DNA of 50,906 nt, counting the filler, from Catajapyx aquilonaris (taxonomy: Eukaryota), in NCBI GenBank assembly GCA_000934665.2. It is 2 parts of 2 records of this genome, joined end to end, with 100 filler letters (N's around TTAATTAATTAA, not from the genome) between each part and the next. Parts side by side here need not be neighbours in the genome. Positions count along the whole stretch, not along the records: positions 1 to 25,514 come from JYFJ02005393.1; positions 25,615 to 50,906 come from KZ539344.1. One strand, 5' to 3'. The translations under genes and the position numbers were made by a program. The notes under the pieces were generated by a model that was given only the letters and a program-made list of their open reading frames with translations, searched no databases and had not been told where the DNA came from. Shown in pieces: positions 22,589 through 35,161 of the stretch (position 1 is the stretch's first letter; every line of letters starts with the position of its first letter).

Positions 22589-24379
22589 TGGTACATTGCG
22601 CCTTTTTTGCATTGCATTTATTTCATTTAGAAGTCTTTGTGATACCGTACAATATGCTAAGCGGGTAGTCTGGTTACTGATAGTTCATGCCAATGTGGTT
22701 AGCTCTGAGAGTTATGTAACTTTTGAGTGGATGAGGAGAAAATATAGCTGCACTTGTGCTCCCATATTTTCATGTGCACAAGACTGGAGGTGATACTGTT
22801 GGGGCAGTGTACACCCAGAGGCCGTGTGGAGATTATTGGGTAGACAACAACCAATAATAATCAACATGAGATAAAATCAGGGGACACTTTGCACTCTGCT
22901 GAGTCCACATGTCAGCGGGTGAATAAAAGGTGGCAGACAGCTGGGCACAGGCCAAAAGTGTAATAATTATGCAGCATGCATCAGCTGTATGTGTGGGATT
23001 GCATTTAAAAGACGCCCCTGGGCAGGTGGGTGATGACCATAACCAGACTGACAGGCTTTCACTTGAACAAGGGAATGGAGGGGGGGGATGAAGGAAGGTC
23101 AGGGATTACGCTGGAGGCCGGGATCCTCCTTGCCTGCAGCAGTGAGTGGCGTGGCCATTTGAAACAGCGCCCTCGCCTGCCGTACCCATCATGGCTCAGA
23201 TGGGACGACTTTTGCGGGGACACTGATCATGCCCCGTGAATGTGCTGTAGTACACACAGCGATCATATTGACGCCGTCCCACCAGCCGGCACCCCTCATG
23301 GCTGCTCATTGTGTGTATAGCATTGATGGGCACCCACCTGCAGTAGCTCGTGGAGATGCCGCGAGGTTCAAGGGGAGATCACCTCCTCCTGTCTCCCCCT
23401 GTATGTCTGTGGTCTGACTTGGCCCCGGTGGTGTTGTTGTCTGGCCGTGCAGACGCCTGCTCCCCGGCCTGTACTCCCGTCTGGGTCGCTCTCGAGTCGC
23501 CTTGTGCCCCGTCGGCGCGGCGTGGGGAGACGGGGATGGTGGGAGAGGGACGGAGGGAGTCTCTCGGGCAGGGGTGGTGGCTGGTGGTGGGGGCAGACCC
23601 TCGGACCCCGGGAAGGTTCAAATAAAATGGAGGTAGAGAGAGAGAGGAGTGCACCGGGGGCGGAGGCGGGGCCTGCTTGGCACTCACCCCACTCCTCTCT
23701 CTTACCCGCTCTATTTACCCACTTGGCAGTATATATTCCACTCGCTCCATGTTACACGTGGCTCATACCTATTTGCAAGTCTGCCACTTGCAGGATATGC
23801 AGAGCATATTATGTATTTATGCAAATGTGTTTTGTACCACCCACTAATGTTCGATGACTAGTGAAACATGTGCCATTCATACTATAAATAAGCGCATACA
23901 TGTATTGCCGGTACGACCACCGAGGAAAAACATTTATGATATAAGCATACGGAAGCCGGCGATGACGACTTGTTAAATGACAGTCGCTGTATCAAAATGA
24001 AATTGTGATTAATAATAACTCCCTCACATACACTGATGGATGGTTATGATGAATAGTATAGTCTTGTGCATGTTTAATCACACACTCTGTAGCTTGCATG
24101 TTGACCTTCACGTCACTTTGTTATGTGATTATTATTAAGCAGTTTATTGTGAGAGCAGGGGGAAACCGTGCCATAGCAATCCAATTAGACAGCAATGGGA
24201 GTCAGGCGATTCTCTCCAGATTCCAGAGAGACGTCCTCGTCCACGTAGACGCCTGGCATGCGCACTATTTCTCCGCTGCTGGGTCTAAATTTAATCGTGT
24301 GAAAAGTGACCGCACCGATAGTGAAAGTTGCACTGCAGGCACCACTTCTTTTGCATATACACTGCAATTTCGACATTCC

Positions 24380-24968
24380 TGTCGGGTTTGACCACCTCTC
24401 TCTGATCCACGACTACTAGTTTTATAGCCAAATCTTTTTTGGGGTTATTGGCGTCACACGCCTGTACTTTTTCCAATCTGCGCGGGTGTAGGGCCCATGT
24501 GCTGTGATAATTTTCTCCGCGTTACATCGATTGACGTCAGCGGTTACGTGCACGCGATTGAAAATATTCATCGCTGGTTCATCTGCCAGACTGGCCCTTC
24601 CATAACATATCCGCGGTGAATATATGCAATAAAAGTTGTGCCAGGCGCGTCTGCAGAGGGGGGGAAGCGTGTCGCAGAGGCTGCGCCTCGCAGCGGAGAC
24701 TCTCTCAATCCATCTCTCTCTCTCTAGCTAGCTCTTTCCAAGCGGCGATAATCCCTTGTGAACCTCTGTTGTTTTTTTATCCTCCCTGGGGTCGGCGTGC
24801 GTGTTGAGCTGAGCCACTCATTTCTCCGTATTCCCTCCCGGCATTTCCTCGCACACACCACACCACGCCACTCGACCGACTGCCCGTCACCCAGACCAGA
24901 CCACAAGAGCACCTCTCCAGCAGAAGTTGCCCGTCGTCTTTTGTCCAGCCAGCACTACGGCCATCACC
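24380..24968. promoter_or_regulatory. CpG-rich promoter/5' UTR region between divergent NNT and CNDP2, with perfect CRE palindrome TGACGTCA at 24532-24539
   Basis: Visible CpG enrichment versus flanking gene bodies; head-to-head gene arrangement; TSS not determinable. Confidence 0.55.
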
Positions 24969-25035
24969 ATGTCTTCAGCCGCCAGAGCTGCTCTCCGTCT
25001 CCTGTCGCAGTCTCACCAGCAGCCAGCCAGGCACT
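24969..25035 (+). CDS. CNDP2: Putative first coding exon of CNDP2 encoding a mitochondrial-presequence-like peptide MSSAARAALRLLSQSHQQPARH
   Basis: cacc|ATG Kozak context, T|gtgagt donor, Arg/Ala/Ser/Leu-rich with no acidic residues; linkage to CNDP2 crosses an assembly gap. Confidence 0.55.
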
Positions 25036-25514
25036 GTGAGTGAACCACATACACAGGTCTTGCATGGGGAGGGTCATGGTGCCTGTCATACACAGGGACA
25101 GCCAGCCATGTCCAGTTATTGACATGCCTGTGAGACGGGGGTACACGTGGGCAGGCACACGAGAGGGCCCGCGTCACGAAACCAGCATTTTACCTGAGGG
25201 GTTGGGGTTGAGAGGGCCAAAAAATTAACAGAACTGCAGTTTCCCATATTACATAGACTATAACATCGTTTTTTTGAACCCCCTANCCCCCCCCCCCCCC
25301 CCCCCCCCCAAACAAAATTGAAATCACTGAACTCATTGCAAAATTTTCAGATCCATTTGCTCTATTTGAAATATTTAGCACAATGCCATGCTGAACTGAA
25401 CCATGCTAACCTTCAGCATTAAGCCATGTCACAATGGTATCAGCCCTCTCACCAGCGTTAAGTGCCTCATTGATAACCCGGCATGTACAAAAGAAAAAAA
25501 GTTATTGTATGAAC

Positions 25515-25614
25515 NNNNNNNNNNNNNNNNNNNNNNNNNNNNNNNNNNNNNNNNNNNNTTAATTAATTAANNNNNNNNNNNNNNNNNNNNNNNNNNNNNN
25601 NNNNNNNNNNNNNN
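25515..25614. other. Assembly gap with artificial six-frame-stop linker (44 N + TTAATTAATTAA + 44 N)
   Basis: Symmetric 100-nt spacer read directly. Confidence 0.9.
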
Positions 25615-25740
25615 CCCCACCCCTTCGCGCCCCACCGGTTGAGAGCCGCTGACCTAGGTGATGAGTGTTGACCGACAAACTTTGGAAGGAGATAGTTAGC
25701 CTTTTAGGTATATGATGTACTCCCTAATTTTTGCACCCAG

Positions 25741-26129
25741 GAGGATGGCTGGGACACAGAACCATTTGTCCTTACTGAAAAGGATGGACGGCTTTACGGA
25801 CGTGGGGCATCAGATGACAAGGGTCCTGTCCTGGGCTGGTTTCATGCCCTGGAAGCCTACAAGCAGAGTGGGGTGGACATCCCAGTGAACCTGCGCTTCT
25901 GCCTGGAGGGAATGGAGGAGTCTGGAAGTGAGGGTCTGGAGGAACTGCTCCTCTCCTCAAAAGGCCGCCAGTTCCTGAAAGGGGTGGACTATGTCTGCAT
26001 CTCAGATAATTACTGGCTTGGCACCAAGAAGCCTTGCATAACCTATGGGCTTAGGGGGCTGTGCTACTTCTTTGTAGATGTAACCTGTGCTGATAAAGAT
26101 CTTCATAGTGGCGTCTTTGGTGGGACAGT
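25741..26129 (+). CDS. CNDP2: CNDP2 (cytosolic non-specific dipeptidase, M20A) exon
   Basis: [51 protein letters not shown]; cccag acceptor, GT|gtgagt donor. Confidence 0.95.
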
Positions 26130-26737
26130 GTGAGTAACCATGATTCTTGGTCAAAAATTTGTTATTTATAGTTAGATTTACTATTAACAAGCCACTGAAA
26201 TGGCACTCCACTAACAGTCCATATGTTGGCAGCAATGCGGAAGTGTGCAACTGTGGTAGTGACAAAAAACGAAAAATACCCTGATTTAACAAAGTGAAAG
26301 CAAGGAAAAACTATCTTATGTTCATGTTCTTCATACATCTCCCTATTTTGTAGCAAAAAAGTGGCCACAGATCACACAAAAGATATTTCATCCTATGGGC
26401 TTGACATGAACCACCTAAGGTTGAAGTATCCATGGCAGTTTTTTAAATTCTTGCAGTTTAAGTTAAGCATTTACCTTTAGCAACACTGATAACAACTGAT
26501 GAGAGCCCTTTATGATCTCCAAGCATGTATTTTTGGATTGATGTTTTTTAGGCATTCATTAGCAAGTAAAGTTAAATTATGCCTAATAATTTCAGAGGCC
26601 TTGAAAATTCTAGAAAATTACCCCAGTCTATGCCTGTTGGCCTGTCACCCTAAGGCTGGGATGCCAGAGCCAGGACTATATGTAAGAGTTGGAGGGATAT
26701 GTCCCTGCCACAACAACAACTCAGTGAAACCTGGACA

Positions 26738-27179
26738 CAGGATGAAGGGAAACTCGCGGACAATTGCCAGGTAGACTGATAGTACTCGTAAAACTAATAT
26801 AGGGATGTGCAATTAGTTTTGGGCTGCGTTGCATAGTTAATGCGTACGGCGCCGTCAAAGTTTCGTGACGTCACATCCGTTCTGTCAGCTTCTAAGAAGC
26901 AAAAGTCAGTTTGAGGGCCTCTGGTCCCTTGCCTTGGGCCCCTAACACATCGTCCATGTGCAAAAGGCGATCAAATCCCGTCAGAGTAAGAATCCGGGTA
27001 CGACACCTGTGCACTTTGTGGTTTTTGCCTCATATTCCACCATCAGGCCCTCTACACTTTAAGGGCGCCATACGCATTAACTATGCAACAGAGCCAAAAA
27101 CTAATTGCACATCCCAATATTAGTTTTGCGAGTACTATCAGTCTACCTGGCGATTGTCCGCGAGTTTCCCTTCACCCTG
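26738..27179. mobile_element. Tc1/mariner-type MITE, CAGGGTGAAGGGAAAC family copy 2 (opposite orientation)
   Basis: Long TIRs, ends ccctg|TA; interior is reverse complement of copies at 6166 and 46698. Confidence 0.9.
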
Positions 27180-27628
27180 TATATAGGACGCTAGGAACAA
27201 ATGGGTGAATTATTTCTTTATGACATTCCCATGGCATATTTAATTGAGATTGTAATTCGATGGTTTTGCTTTAATATAAGAAAGTACAAAATCAAGGATG
27301 TGAAGTAGCAGGAGGGGAATTTACATTCTTCAGTAGAGGTCTAGCTGTGTACCTCACTTTCACAGAATGTGCTATTTTGTTATTTACCATAGTAAATGGT
27401 GAGCGTATTGATTGAACCTAGGAGCAAGTGACATGGTGCCTTAATTCCTATGAAGCATGCAAAGGGAAAAGCAGTAAGAAATTAATAATTCTGCTTACCA
27501 CAGCACATAGGTAATACATTTTTAGGGCCTTTTGGATACATGCTTGGATTTTTTCATGTTCCATAATTTTTAAATTTCGCATCTTATTAATCTTTACATA
27601 ATGTGGTACTTTTTTCTATTTTTGCAAG

Positions 27629-28049
27629 GCATGAGGCCATGGCTGACCTTGTACACATTCTGAACACCCTTGTGGATGTGAAAGGAAAGATCCTGGTCCC
27701 CGGGATATCAGATGATGTTGTCCCCCTGACAAAGGAGGAGGCTGCTTTGTACGACCCTATTGACTTTGACACCGAGGAATATCGCCGTGAATTGGGTGCT
27801 CCTATCCTGATACACAAGAACAACAAGGCTGATATTTTGATGCACAGATGGCGCTACCCATCCCTCTCAATCCATGGAATACAGGGGGCCTTCTCTGACC
27901 CAGGATCAAAGACTGTCATCCCAAGGAAAGTCACTGGGAAGTTCTCAATCAGAATTGTGCCAAATATGCAGCCTGACGTTGTGGAAAAGAAGGTCAAGGA
28001 TTATTTACATGGTGTATGGGCCAAGAGGGGGAGTCCCAACACAATGCAG
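27629..28049 (+). CDS. CNDP2: CNDP2 exon ([34 protein letters not shown]..)
   Basis: tttgcaag acceptor, CAG|gtaaat donor, conserved peptides. Confidence 0.95.
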
Positions 28050-28232
28050 GTAAATCGTAAATGTGAATTACTGTTACTACCTGATGACCACAAGCAGGCT
28101 GGATATTGTGTTGTTATGTTCTCATAAAGTAAGAAATGCAGTAATAAATTATTTGATTTTTTTAACTTTGATGTGGCAGGGGATGTATAAATGGAATAAT
28201 GTCAGATAATATAATGCCAATAAAATTTACAG

Positions 28233-28484
28233 GTAACAATGCTGCAGGGAGGGAAGCACTGGATGGAAAACCCAAATCACCCTAATTATGAGGCAGGACG
28301 TAGGGCCACTCGGATGGTGTATGGTGTTGACCCAGATATGACTCGTGAAGGTGGCTCGATTCCTATCACTATTACTCTGCAGGAGGCCACTGGGAAAAAT
28401 GTGATGCTACTTCCGCTTGGAGCTAGTGATGATGGGGCACATTCACAAAATGAGAAGATAGATATCAGAAACTACATACAGGGG
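28233..28484 (+). CDS. CNDP2: CNDP2 exon (..[27 protein letters not shown])
   Basis: tttacag acceptor, GGG|gtgagt donor, metal-ligand His motif AHSQNEK. Confidence 0.95.
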
Positions 28485-29186
28485 GTGAGTTGAAACTATT
28501 ATTAACATTATTGAGGTGTGTGGTTGAAAAGGGTGACAACCCTCTTTTTTTTTTTTTTTACCTGAACACAATCATAGCAACTATTTAAAAGACATGACCA
28601 AAGAACGGGTTTCTAGGTTCTAAAAAAACCCTCAAATAGGTAGGCACTTCCGTCCTGAAAACAGTTTAAATAGGCTCTTAAATAGGCACTAAAAATCAAG
28701 CAGGTCCTAATTTATTTTCAGTTCCATGCATTTTTCACATGAAACATAAATTGGTGAATTTTCGAGGGTCTTATTCTATTGGATTCTGGATTTTCAGAAG
28801 TGAAAATTTCCAAGTCTGTGAGGATGGGTTTAGTTTTTTTCATTTTTTTCCTTTTCAAAATAAAACCCTGCCTACTGCTCTGAGTAGTTTGCAGCAGTAA
28901 TTTTAAGAGCCATTCTGCACAATACTTTAGAATTGCTTGAGTAAGACCTATGGTACAGGTTAAATCAATTGGTGAAGGTCTTACATGCGCCTGCCTTGTT
29001 TCAGTACTTTCATTCCCCCACGGCGGTCTTACTACCCTTTTTTTTTTTCGCTGAAAGGAATGTTTTTGCTCTTATTTCAGTTATTTTTTTAAACCTCTTC
29101 TCTACCAGCCATACCGGCATTGCCGAGGTTTTCGCTTACACATACTCTGAAGATAAGGACAACATATTTTACAAATAATAACAGCT

Positions 29187-31042
29187 GGGTCATTCCATGT
29201 CAATTCACCGAGCCCCCGGACCCTCGTGTTGTCAGATAATGACGAAATCCAGCTCGTTGGTTTGGTTGCGTCCCAGAAGAATACCATTTGAGCGGTTTTG
29301 CGATGTACCCCCCTACCCGGAGATACGCCCACCGAAAAAAACGGCATTTTCCGGCCTTTTTCCGCCTTTTCGGAAAATAGGGGTCTCAGAAATTGGATAT
29401 GTCTCGTGAACCAATTGATAGACATCTTACACCACTCTATTTGAAGGGATTCGGGGAGATGAAGTGGCGTCGCGGTAACGCGTGCGCCCACGGATATGAA
29501 GGTCCCGGGTTCAATCCCCACCCAGGGTTCCCACCTTTATCCGTGCAGAGTTGGGCCATCTCTGGCTTCATTTCGGGTGGAAATTTCCTAAAGACTAATC
29601 CACCCGGGGGAGTTCACAAAATGACAGTTAGTGACATTGCACATGCACTTTGCACATCCCCTCCTACATACCCTTGGAGTAATTAATAAGATTCTCTTAA
29701 CATGCTCCAAATAAATACCAATGGTGGTAATCTACCCCCCCTAAGGAGTAGATAACTCCCCCCGTGGGGTAATGAAAAAAAAATGAAGGGATTCAGGAGC
29801 CCAATCTATCTGAACCGTAAAGATACGGAATTGGACTTTTTTTAAACATTTTGGCTCAATTTGAAAAATATGGTCCTTTTTTTGAAAATTTACCTACCAA
29901 TTTAAAAATCTGATTTTTAAATATGTTACACCTCAGCCCTTTTCCTTGACATGGGAAAAATATTCAGGAGGCAATTTTCCATTTTACGAAGAAAACTGCA
30001 TCTGAAGGAACCCCTGTTCACCGCGGATCTGTGGCGCGAATCGGTCCCTGCAGGCTCCATGAATGGTGTTCTCCAAATAGACAGTGTGTCATGGGACGAC
30101 TCTGAGAGTTCCTGAGGGGAAATACATCACAATATTTTCTTATAGGTACCCATGGCAAAAATATTCTCCATTTACCATTTTGGCAATTTGGTCATGGGGA
30201 GAGACCAAAAGTAGATTCCCCCGAGAGAGAGAGAGGGAGGGGGGGGGGGGGNGGTAATACGCTAATAATATATTGTTCTCTCTTTCTCTGTTTTATATAA
30301 CAACTTTTGAATCTGTGGTGTGGGATCAACCTGAACCATTTGTTTGATATTTAAGTGGCAACTTGACACGCTTTGCAGTTTTGCCAAAATGGTAAAAGGA
30401 TAATATTTTTACCATGAATACCTATAAGTAAATATCATGATTTATTTCCCCTCAGGAACTCTCAGAGTCGTCCCATGACACACAGTGTATTTGGAGAACA
30501 CCATTCATGGAGCCTGCAGGGACCGATTCGCACCAATTTGGGTGCATTGCATACGCTCGCGGTGCGCAAGGTTCCTTCAGATGCATTTTTCTTGCTTAAA
30601 TGAAAAATTGCCTCTTGCATATTTTTTCCATGTCAAGGAAAAGGTCTGAGGTGTAACATTTAAAAATCGGATTTTTAAATTGGTAGGTAAATTTTCAAAA
30701 AATGATCATATTTTTCAAATTGGGACAAAATTTTCAAAACAGTCAAATTCCGTATCTTTACGGTTCAGATAGATTGGGCTCCCGAATCCCTTCAAATAGA
30801 GTGGTGTAAGATGTCTGCATATCAATTGGTTCACGAGATATATCCAATTTCTGAGACCCCTATTTTCCGAAAAGGCGGGAAAATGCCTTTTTTTCGGTAG
30901 GCGTATCTCCGGGTAGGGGGGTACATCACAAAACCGCTCAAATGGTATTCTTCTGGGATGTAACCAAACCGACGAGCTGGATTTCGTCATTATCTGACAA
31001 CCCGAGGGTCTGGGGGCTCGGTGAATTGACATGGAATGACCC
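29187..31042. mobile_element. Foldback-type non-autonomous DNA transposon, ~660-bp inverted arms, ~190-bp spacer
   Basis: gggtcattccatgtcaattcaccgagccccc.. at 29187 mirrored by ..gggggctcggtgaattgacatggaatgaccc ending 31042; arm homology runs to ~30187/30381; flanks agct/aact. Confidence 0.92.
29453..29783 (+). mobile_element. tRNA-derived SINE, family A copy 2, inserted in the left arm of the foldback
   Basis: 11-bp TSD tgaagggattc at 29442-29452 and 29784-29794; right arm holds the empty site. Confidence 0.92.
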
Positions 31043-31939
31043 AACTATAGTGCTGTACGTATCATATTTACACTAGTCACACATTTATGCTCTACAGCCT
31101 GCACTATGAATGTGTTGGATACTATTTTCCTCGCCTAGAAGCCCCGAAAATGATTTCACAGAGATCGTCGTAAAAAAAACGAAATTCGATGCTTCTGGCC
31201 AACTGTTAGTCTGGTTTAATTATGAAATAGCCTATACATTAAAATATAAGGAATATCTACATTCACAATTAAATCAGTTTAAGAGGTGGCCGGTAATACC
31301 TGGTGATGGCGATGGTGATATAGCAGGTAGCGAAGGGGTTAATAGTAGGCCTACTGTTGAATCTGGATATAACATGCTTCAAGAGACCGTGGAAAAAAGT
31401 ATGTTATAACCGAAGCCTATTATAGCCAAATTGTCACTTTTGCAATGAAAACAGATATTTCTGCTTTCCATATGCCTGTAATGTGCACTACTACATACTG
31501 ATTAATGAAATCCGTCAAAAATGCAATATTACCTCACCTGAAAATTATGCAGGACCAAAATATCCCAAATTTTCTTCTGCCGTCTCCTTTTCACGATCCC
31601 TGAAACACTATATTTTACCACCGACGCGACGGGCTGAAAGTTTTTAAATATGTAAAACGTCAAAATAGGAGTTTTGTAGAAATAAAGGGCAGTCCTTTCT
31701 CTGTGACATGCCATGGACGTAATGATCATGGTATAAAATGGTATAAAAAATAATTTGTTAGAATGGCATGATAAGAATCAGATTTTATTTTAGCATTTTT
31801 AATAACCAAATTTGTATTGTGTACGTGATACACGTTGGCGTGGCCAGGGCGTCCGGAGTAGTGGCTGGTGGCGAGGAGGGGGGGGGGGGNNNNNNNNNNN
31901 NNNNNNNNNNNNNNNNNNNNNNNNNNNNNNNNNNNAATT

Positions 31940-32188
31940 GAAGGGGTCGGTGCAATACTGCCCTAACCCTCCCAAACCTGATTTTGAGAAAACTGCAGTT
32001 GAAAGTTTGAGAGGCCATATACATCCCATATACCATGTGACTTATTTCATTTGATTTCTCAGTGACCGATGGCAGAAACTGCACAATTTCAATGGATTTT
32101 ATTAGATACATGAGTGTAGTACATGGAAGTGTGCTTAACTCAATTTGTGTCATTTGGTGGGTTAGGGCGGTATTGCACCGACCCCTTC
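31940..32188. mobile_element. MITE with 30-bp TIRs and AATT flanks (possibly Sola-like)
   Basis: AATT|gaaggggtcggtgcaatactgccctaaccc ... gggttagggcggtattgcaccgaccccttc|AATT. Confidence 0.8.
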
Positions 32189-32193
32189 AATTG

Positions 32194-32285
32194 TTAGTTC
32201 ATATGTTGGGTTAGCTTGCGTCTCCCTTCATCGCTGACTACCCCTAATAGGGAACTGTCGTGATGATGATGATGATGATGATGAT
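32194..32285 (+). mobile_element. Retroelement 3' end, copy 3, (GAT)n tail
   Basis: Homologous to 1-97 and 15471-15557. Confidence 0.6.
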
Positions 32286-32968
32286 TTTGATTTTTATAGC
32301 CTACAAACTGTTGATTGAATCAGGTGGTTAGGCTGATCGTTGTGGAATGCAGTGGAACCAACATTTTTTCCTGATGTACCACTTTTCATGTTTATTAATC
32401 ATAAGTGCCATCAATACCTACAATTCCAAAGGATATCACTGGAAAATAATATTTTAAAGCCAAAATAATATTGTGAAAAACAGTTTATTCCAAAATTATT
32501 CCCAAAATTTGTCTTCAAGCCTGCTTTCAAGGCTTCTTTTGAGTTGATTAAAGACATGGAGATGGGTTGAAACCCTGGACACTTGATAGTGGATACAGGA
32601 CTTTTCCCACCCCTCCTCATCATGTACCTCAGGTACCACAGATTGAAAACCGCTGAATTACACCATTTCATGCCATACTATGACTGGTTTATCACCTCGG
32701 AAAATGCCTGATACACCTAATGAGGTAGCAGTTCAAATTCAAATATTATTGTAAATTATATGGTAACACGTACATTTTGAATGTAAATGGCAAGGCCATG
32801 TGGAGGAATGCATGGCTGCCAGGATATTTTATACCATGTGTTTGCAGCTCATTATCTCAGAAACAGGGCTAAAAGGTATCAAATGACACCGCTGTATAAA
32901 GTAATTTTATGGTGGCATGGTGTAGTTGTTATCGGATATTTCTCTGAATCATTATGAAACACCATATA

Positions 32969-33217
32969 GCTTCCCCAAATCCATGGGTTTATGTGCACCC
33001 CTCTGGTTTGCAAGTCATTGCGGCGAAACTCATATGAAACGTATGGGGCAGTGATAACCTCTGCATAAAAACGTGGGTTAACATGTAAGAAAGGAAATGC
33101 ATGTGCCAATGGTTTTAGAGGTTATTACTGACCCATATGTTTCGAACAAGTTACGCTGCAATGACTCATGCCCCCCGGGGGGGGGGGGGGGGCGTAAACC
33201 CAGGGATTTGGGGAAGG
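32969..33217. mobile_element. Degenerate palindromic MITE (~90-bp arms)
   Basis: ttccccaaatccatgggttta..gtcattgcggcg..gtgataacctct mirrored by agaggttattac..cgctgcaatgac..taaacccagggatttggggaa; TA flanks. Confidence 0.65.
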
Positions 33218-33369
33218 TATATCACAGGTCTCTGGGTGAAACTTTGGAAAGAGGGCTTGTACATTCTTCTTATTATAATAACACTATTTGTACTTGAAAT
33301 CCACTCTTATTTTGTCCTAAGTCAATTTTCTTTTCTTCCATTGGTATAATATGGTGCTTTTTGTTTCAG

Positions 33370-33417
33370 ACCAAGCTCCTGGCAGCTTATTTGGCTGAAT
33401 TAGCTGACCTTGCCTGA
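33370..33417 (+). CDS. CNDP2: CNDP2 last exon (TKLLAAYLAELADLA*)
   Basis: tttttgtttcag acceptor; matches conserved C-terminal GTKxLAAYL helix; missed by ORF track (too short). Confidence 0.9.
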   Translation, partial: TKLLAAYLAELADLA

Positions 33418-33963
33418 TGTGGAAAACGCAAGTCACTTGTGCCTTAATATACTGTATGGGTTGACATATGCTCTTCCATTAATATGAAGTGGGAAAGAAA
33501 TTATCCATGTTGATTAAATTTATCCAACAAGTTCTGGTGTATTCCAATTTAGAGTGTAATTTTTCATGCCAACCTGGTGTTTTTGCATCATCATTGGAGG
33601 CCGAATAGTTAGGTTTTTACATATTTTGTTCCACTTGTATTCTTCAGTCCTTAACATACCTTGATGCAAGTTAACACAATTGCACATGACAGAACTGGGT
33701 TGATATCATGTACCTAATTATCGAGGAACGCAGTGAATATGGTGTCAAATTTTGATGTGTATCATTTTACATTCTTCTGGTTGGAATAAGTTACTCCTCC
33801 TTCTCAAACAGTATTGGTTTGTTAGCAACACATGATGCATGTGTGATTTTTCTTCGAATTTTGGTTCATCACGTTCGTCAGAATGTACAATACCCTCATC
33901 CAGCATTGCCATTGAAGGAAATCAGCTGTAAGAAATTGATTAATTGCCATATTAACAAAATGT

Positions 33964-33969
33964 AATAAA
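33964..33969 (+). promoter_or_regulatory. Candidate CNDP2 polyadenylation signal
   Basis: AATAAA followed by tgtttgttg ~550 nt after stop. Confidence 0.45.
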
Positions 33970-34160
33970 TACATGTTTGTTGATGTCAGGAGTGTATTGA
34001 CGTGAGCTTGCACAGAAATCATTATCTAAAGAATATATTCACGTGCATTGCACATGGTGTCATATTTGGGGATTGGGTAACAGTACATTTTGTAGACTTT
34101 TGGAGAATATTTGCAGGCATATTTCGATGTGCTTTAGAGTATAACTATCCAACCTCTTAA

Positions 34161-35020
34161 CCCAGATATGCCGGGATTTTTTTTGGTTGAATTTCGAACT
34201 TTTTTTGTTTCCATTAGTTCATATTAGTTCACAAAACACAAAAACCGAGATAAAACATTTTCTGAATGCTCTTTCCCTATAAAGCTATAATTATGGGATG
34301 CTAGGAAAATGTAACCTAGTATGGCTATAACCGTTGTTGATTACATTACCATGGCAACAGTGACATTCAGCAATATCCATAGTTTCATAACATCACCAAT
34401 GATTGATTGTTGTCGATGGCATTACCATGGAAACAGGCCGCGCAAAGAATGGGTTGTAATTGAGTAACAATAAACAACAATCAAGGACTGTTGCCATTGT
34501 TGACATGTTAACCAATTGCCATGTAATCTCGTTTTAATTATATGGATTCATTAAAATACAGTTCAACGAAGCGTACAAGATCCACACACATACTTTACTT
34601 GTCCAAATGTAGGTGCATTTGCCTCTTGTGTTCTCCCGAGGGGACACCAGATTTCAACACTACTCTCAGACAAGGAAAGTAAAAAATATACCTATATTTC
34701 CCCATCAACATCATTCATAAGTTTTCTAAGTATTACAAACAATAAATATCTCATAACACTAATCAACATTTTAAATTAATTACTAATCATATTCGGAACA
34801 TGACGGTGCAGCCATTATTTCCTGCGATAAAATTCAAACACCTGTATCTTCAAAATCTGAAGCAATATTGAGGAGGTTTTAACTTGTATCATTAGCTGTG
34901 ACTCTACTGAAGCCCCCATCACTACTGCCAACTCTTTAGCAGCAGAAGAACCAGCACAAAAAAATTAAAATGTAACAACTATGCAGGTGTCCCCTATTGG
35001 GAACGATAGGCATATCTGGG
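34161..35020. mobile_element. piggyBac-like non-autonomous element, 860 bp
   Basis: TTAA|cccagatatgcc ... ggcatatctggg|TTAA, perfect 12-bp TIR. Confidence 0.85.
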
Positions 35021-35161
35021 TTAATGTACAGGGAAGAGATGTAATGCTTGTGATGGGACTCAGAAATAAAATAATTATAATGGTGTTAGTTTTTTCTGCT
35101 AATTTCATTTTATGGGTTCATAGTTTCCTATCATTCCTTGTGTATCAAACTTTCAATTCAA

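Noticed and set aside
23030..23861. Overlapping 60-136 aa ORFs in the NNT upstream region
   Set aside because: GC-rich low-complexity sequence lacking stops by composition; no domain or consistent splice signals.
26499..26774. Recurring peptide RVKGNSRTIAR in several ORFs (also 46546, 47100) and paired ORFs 29197/30715, 36577/41912
   Set aside because: Translations of MITE TIRs, foldback arms and SINE bodies, not a protein family; no transposase or RT motifs anywhere.
25741..33417. CNDP2 as a truncated pseudogene
   Set aside because: All visible exons are intact and in phase; the missing N-terminal part coincides with an assembly gap.
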